Part shown: one piece after another, positions 62,653 through 64,000 of the stretch | Numbering within the stretch: the first letter of the stretch is position 1 | Layout of the letters: every line of letters starts with the position of its first letter | Assembly: GCA_040222015.1 (NCBI GenBank) | Contig: JAVJWO010000047.1 | Location: 1-64,000, forward strand | Direction: 5' to 3' | Source of the DNA: Coleofasciculus chthonoplastes F2-STO-03 | GTDB lineage: Bacteria; Cyanobacteriota; Cyanobacteriia; Cyanobacteriales; Coleofasciculaceae | Length of the DNA stretch: 64,000 nt | Program-made: the position numbers and the translations under genes | The notes under the pieces: model-generated | Databases searched by the model: none | What the model was told of the DNA's origin: nothing | What the model saw: only the letters and a program-made list of their open reading frames with translations

Positions 62653-63568
62653 AAGGTAACTCCACCGATGTCGGTTTAGCAATGTGAGGTAATCCCCAAC
62701 CCAACTTCTCGCGCAACACCCGGAAAAACTCAGGCGGTTGCAAACGAATAAATCGAGCCGAATAAGGCGATCGCGCCACATGAACCTGATCCTCCGGTAA
62801 CACATAACAGCCCGCATTGCCATCCACCACCATCACCAACTGATTCGGCGTCGCTGGAAACACCTGCACCTTTTCCGTATCCGCAAACACTAACGCCCGC
62901 GACGCCAAAGAATGAGGACAAATCGGCATCAACTGCAACACCGGCACCCCAGGCGTTACCACCGTTCCCCCCGCACTCAGGGAATACGCCGTAGAACCCG
63001 TCGGCGTCGAGATAATCACCCCATCAGCCGCAATATCCACAGGCGAATGCCGTCCAATTTTCACCTCAAAATGGCACATACAGGTCAACGGTTCCCGATG
63101 CAATACCATCTCATTCAAACACAAGGCTTCCCACCAAATACATTCATCCCGCACCACCTGCACCAACAGCATACTTCGTTCTTCAATCTCATACTCCCCC
63201 GCCATCAACTGTTCCATCGCCTGGGGAAGTTGATTTAAGTACAATTCAGTGAGGAATCCCATGTGTCCCGTATTAATTGCCAACAAAGGAATCCCAAACG
63301 GTGCCACTTGGCGAAACGCCGCCAGCACCGTACCATCTCCCCCCAGCACGATCGCAAACGCCATCTTTTCATCAAAACCCGGCGCCGCCAGCTTATCTAT
63401 CGGGGTATGACAGACAGGAGACTCAGGGCGGGAATAGCCTAAAAGTCCGCCAACACCCGTTGCCATATACACATCCCAACCCGCCGCCGTGAGTTGCTCT
63501 TGTAACTCCTCAGCAACCCGACAGGCTACAGGTTTGTAGTCGTTGTAGATAATCCCAGCTTTGCCCAC
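62651..63568 (-). CDS. nadK: NAD(+) kinase
   Basis: [39 protein letters not shown]. Confidence 0.96.
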   Translation of the reverse strand: MGKAGIIYNDYKPVACRVAEELQEQLTAAGWDVYMATGVGGLLGYSRPESPVCHTPIDKLAAPGFDEKMAFAIVLGGDGTVLAAFRQVAPFGIPLLAINTGHMGFLTELYLNQLPQAMEQLMAGEYEIEERSMLLVQVVRDECIWWEALCLNEMVLHREPLTCMCHFEVKIGRHSPVDIAADGVIISTPTGSTAYSLSAGGTVVTPGVPVLQLMPICPHSLASRALVFADTEKVQVFPATPNQLVMVVDGNAGCYVLPEDQVHVARSPYSARFIRLQPPEFFRVLREKLGWGLPHIAKPTSVELP

Positions 63569-63756
63569 AGTTATCAGTCCGCGTCATACATCATTAATAG
63601 TCGTTGTAGCCACTAACACTGGCTAGCTCAAATGAGACCCCTGTGACAAAAAAGCTTACACCCAAAAGCGACAATCTGTGTCAATGAACACTCAAAACGC
63701 TTGCACTCAGTCAGGGCGGATTTAGCTACATTTAGGTGAGTCCAGAAACGGTAATC

Positions 63757-63796
63757 GTGACATCCTCCCACGCTGAATCAAAGATTACAGTGTGGG
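63757..63796 (-). mobile_element. Solitary IS605-type right-end hairpin
   Basis: Minus strand CCCACACTGTAATC-TTT-GATTCAGCGTGGG-AGGATGTCAC; no adjacent tnpB within the window. Confidence 0.6.
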
Positions 63797-63832
63797 TCTT
63801 ATAGCTCCCCCAGCCCCCCACGAAAAGATAAA

Positions 63833-63929
63833 ACCCTCACCCCCAGCCCCTCTCCCGTGCAACAAAAGTGAAACATCCTTAGTCCTCCCCCCTCTTGTAG
63901 GGGGGAACGAGGGGGGTTGGGAGAGGGGG
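63833..63929. repeat. C-rich/G-rich nested palindromic dispersed repeats
   Basis: CCCTCACCCCCAGCCCCTCTCCC ... GGGAGAGGGGG with an inner CCCCCTCTTGTAGGGGGG; similar style element at about 50995-51058. Confidence 0.6.
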
Positions 63930-64000
63930 TTGTGGCTTTCCAATGTCATGAAACCCATCCCTACACAATCAACAATCAACACTTAAACCTATTTTCTGGA

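Larger units (their letters stand above)
1..64000. repeat. HIP1 octamer GCGATCGC dispersed through the window
   Basis: Dozens of copies in coding and non-coding DNA (e.g. 1440, 1770, 46854, 59955); not counted exactly. Confidence 0.95.

Noticed and set aside
46500..64000. CRISPR-associated transposon (I-D CAST)
   Set aside because: No tnsA/B/C or tniQ in the window; cas3', the HD domain and the adaptation genes are intact.

Overview
64 kb chromosomal segment of a cyanobacterium. HIP1 GCGATCGC sites are abundant, and cpcT, a PEP-CTERM protein and heptamer tandem repeats are present; a filamentous lineage is likely but inferred. Left to right: the 3' end of an IS200/IS605 tnpB with its right end; a coupled phosphotransferase-fold / beta-propeller gene pair; a signalling cluster (multi-sensor class III cyclase, two REC-HK hybrids, NarL regulator, PhnD-like binding protein plus HK opposite a PEP-CTERM phosphatase-like protein); cpcT; a 1577 aa GT2-haemagglutinin(TPS)-CHAT fusion heading a glycosyltransferase/sulfotransferase cluster; the rimP-nusA-ylxR-infB operon with a tnpB fragment fused in frame to ylxR; and a type I-D CRISPR-Cas locus next to nadK. 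The I-D locus has no cas6 in the window and shows a likely internal Cas11d start. It is bracketed by a direct duplication of trailer, Uma2, array, leader and cas2 tail, giving two arrays (20 and 14 repeats) that differ by 2 nt in the repeat loop. It abuts tandem copies of the nadK 3' end that break next to HIP1 sites. All family calls come from motif recognition by eye; no database searches were run.
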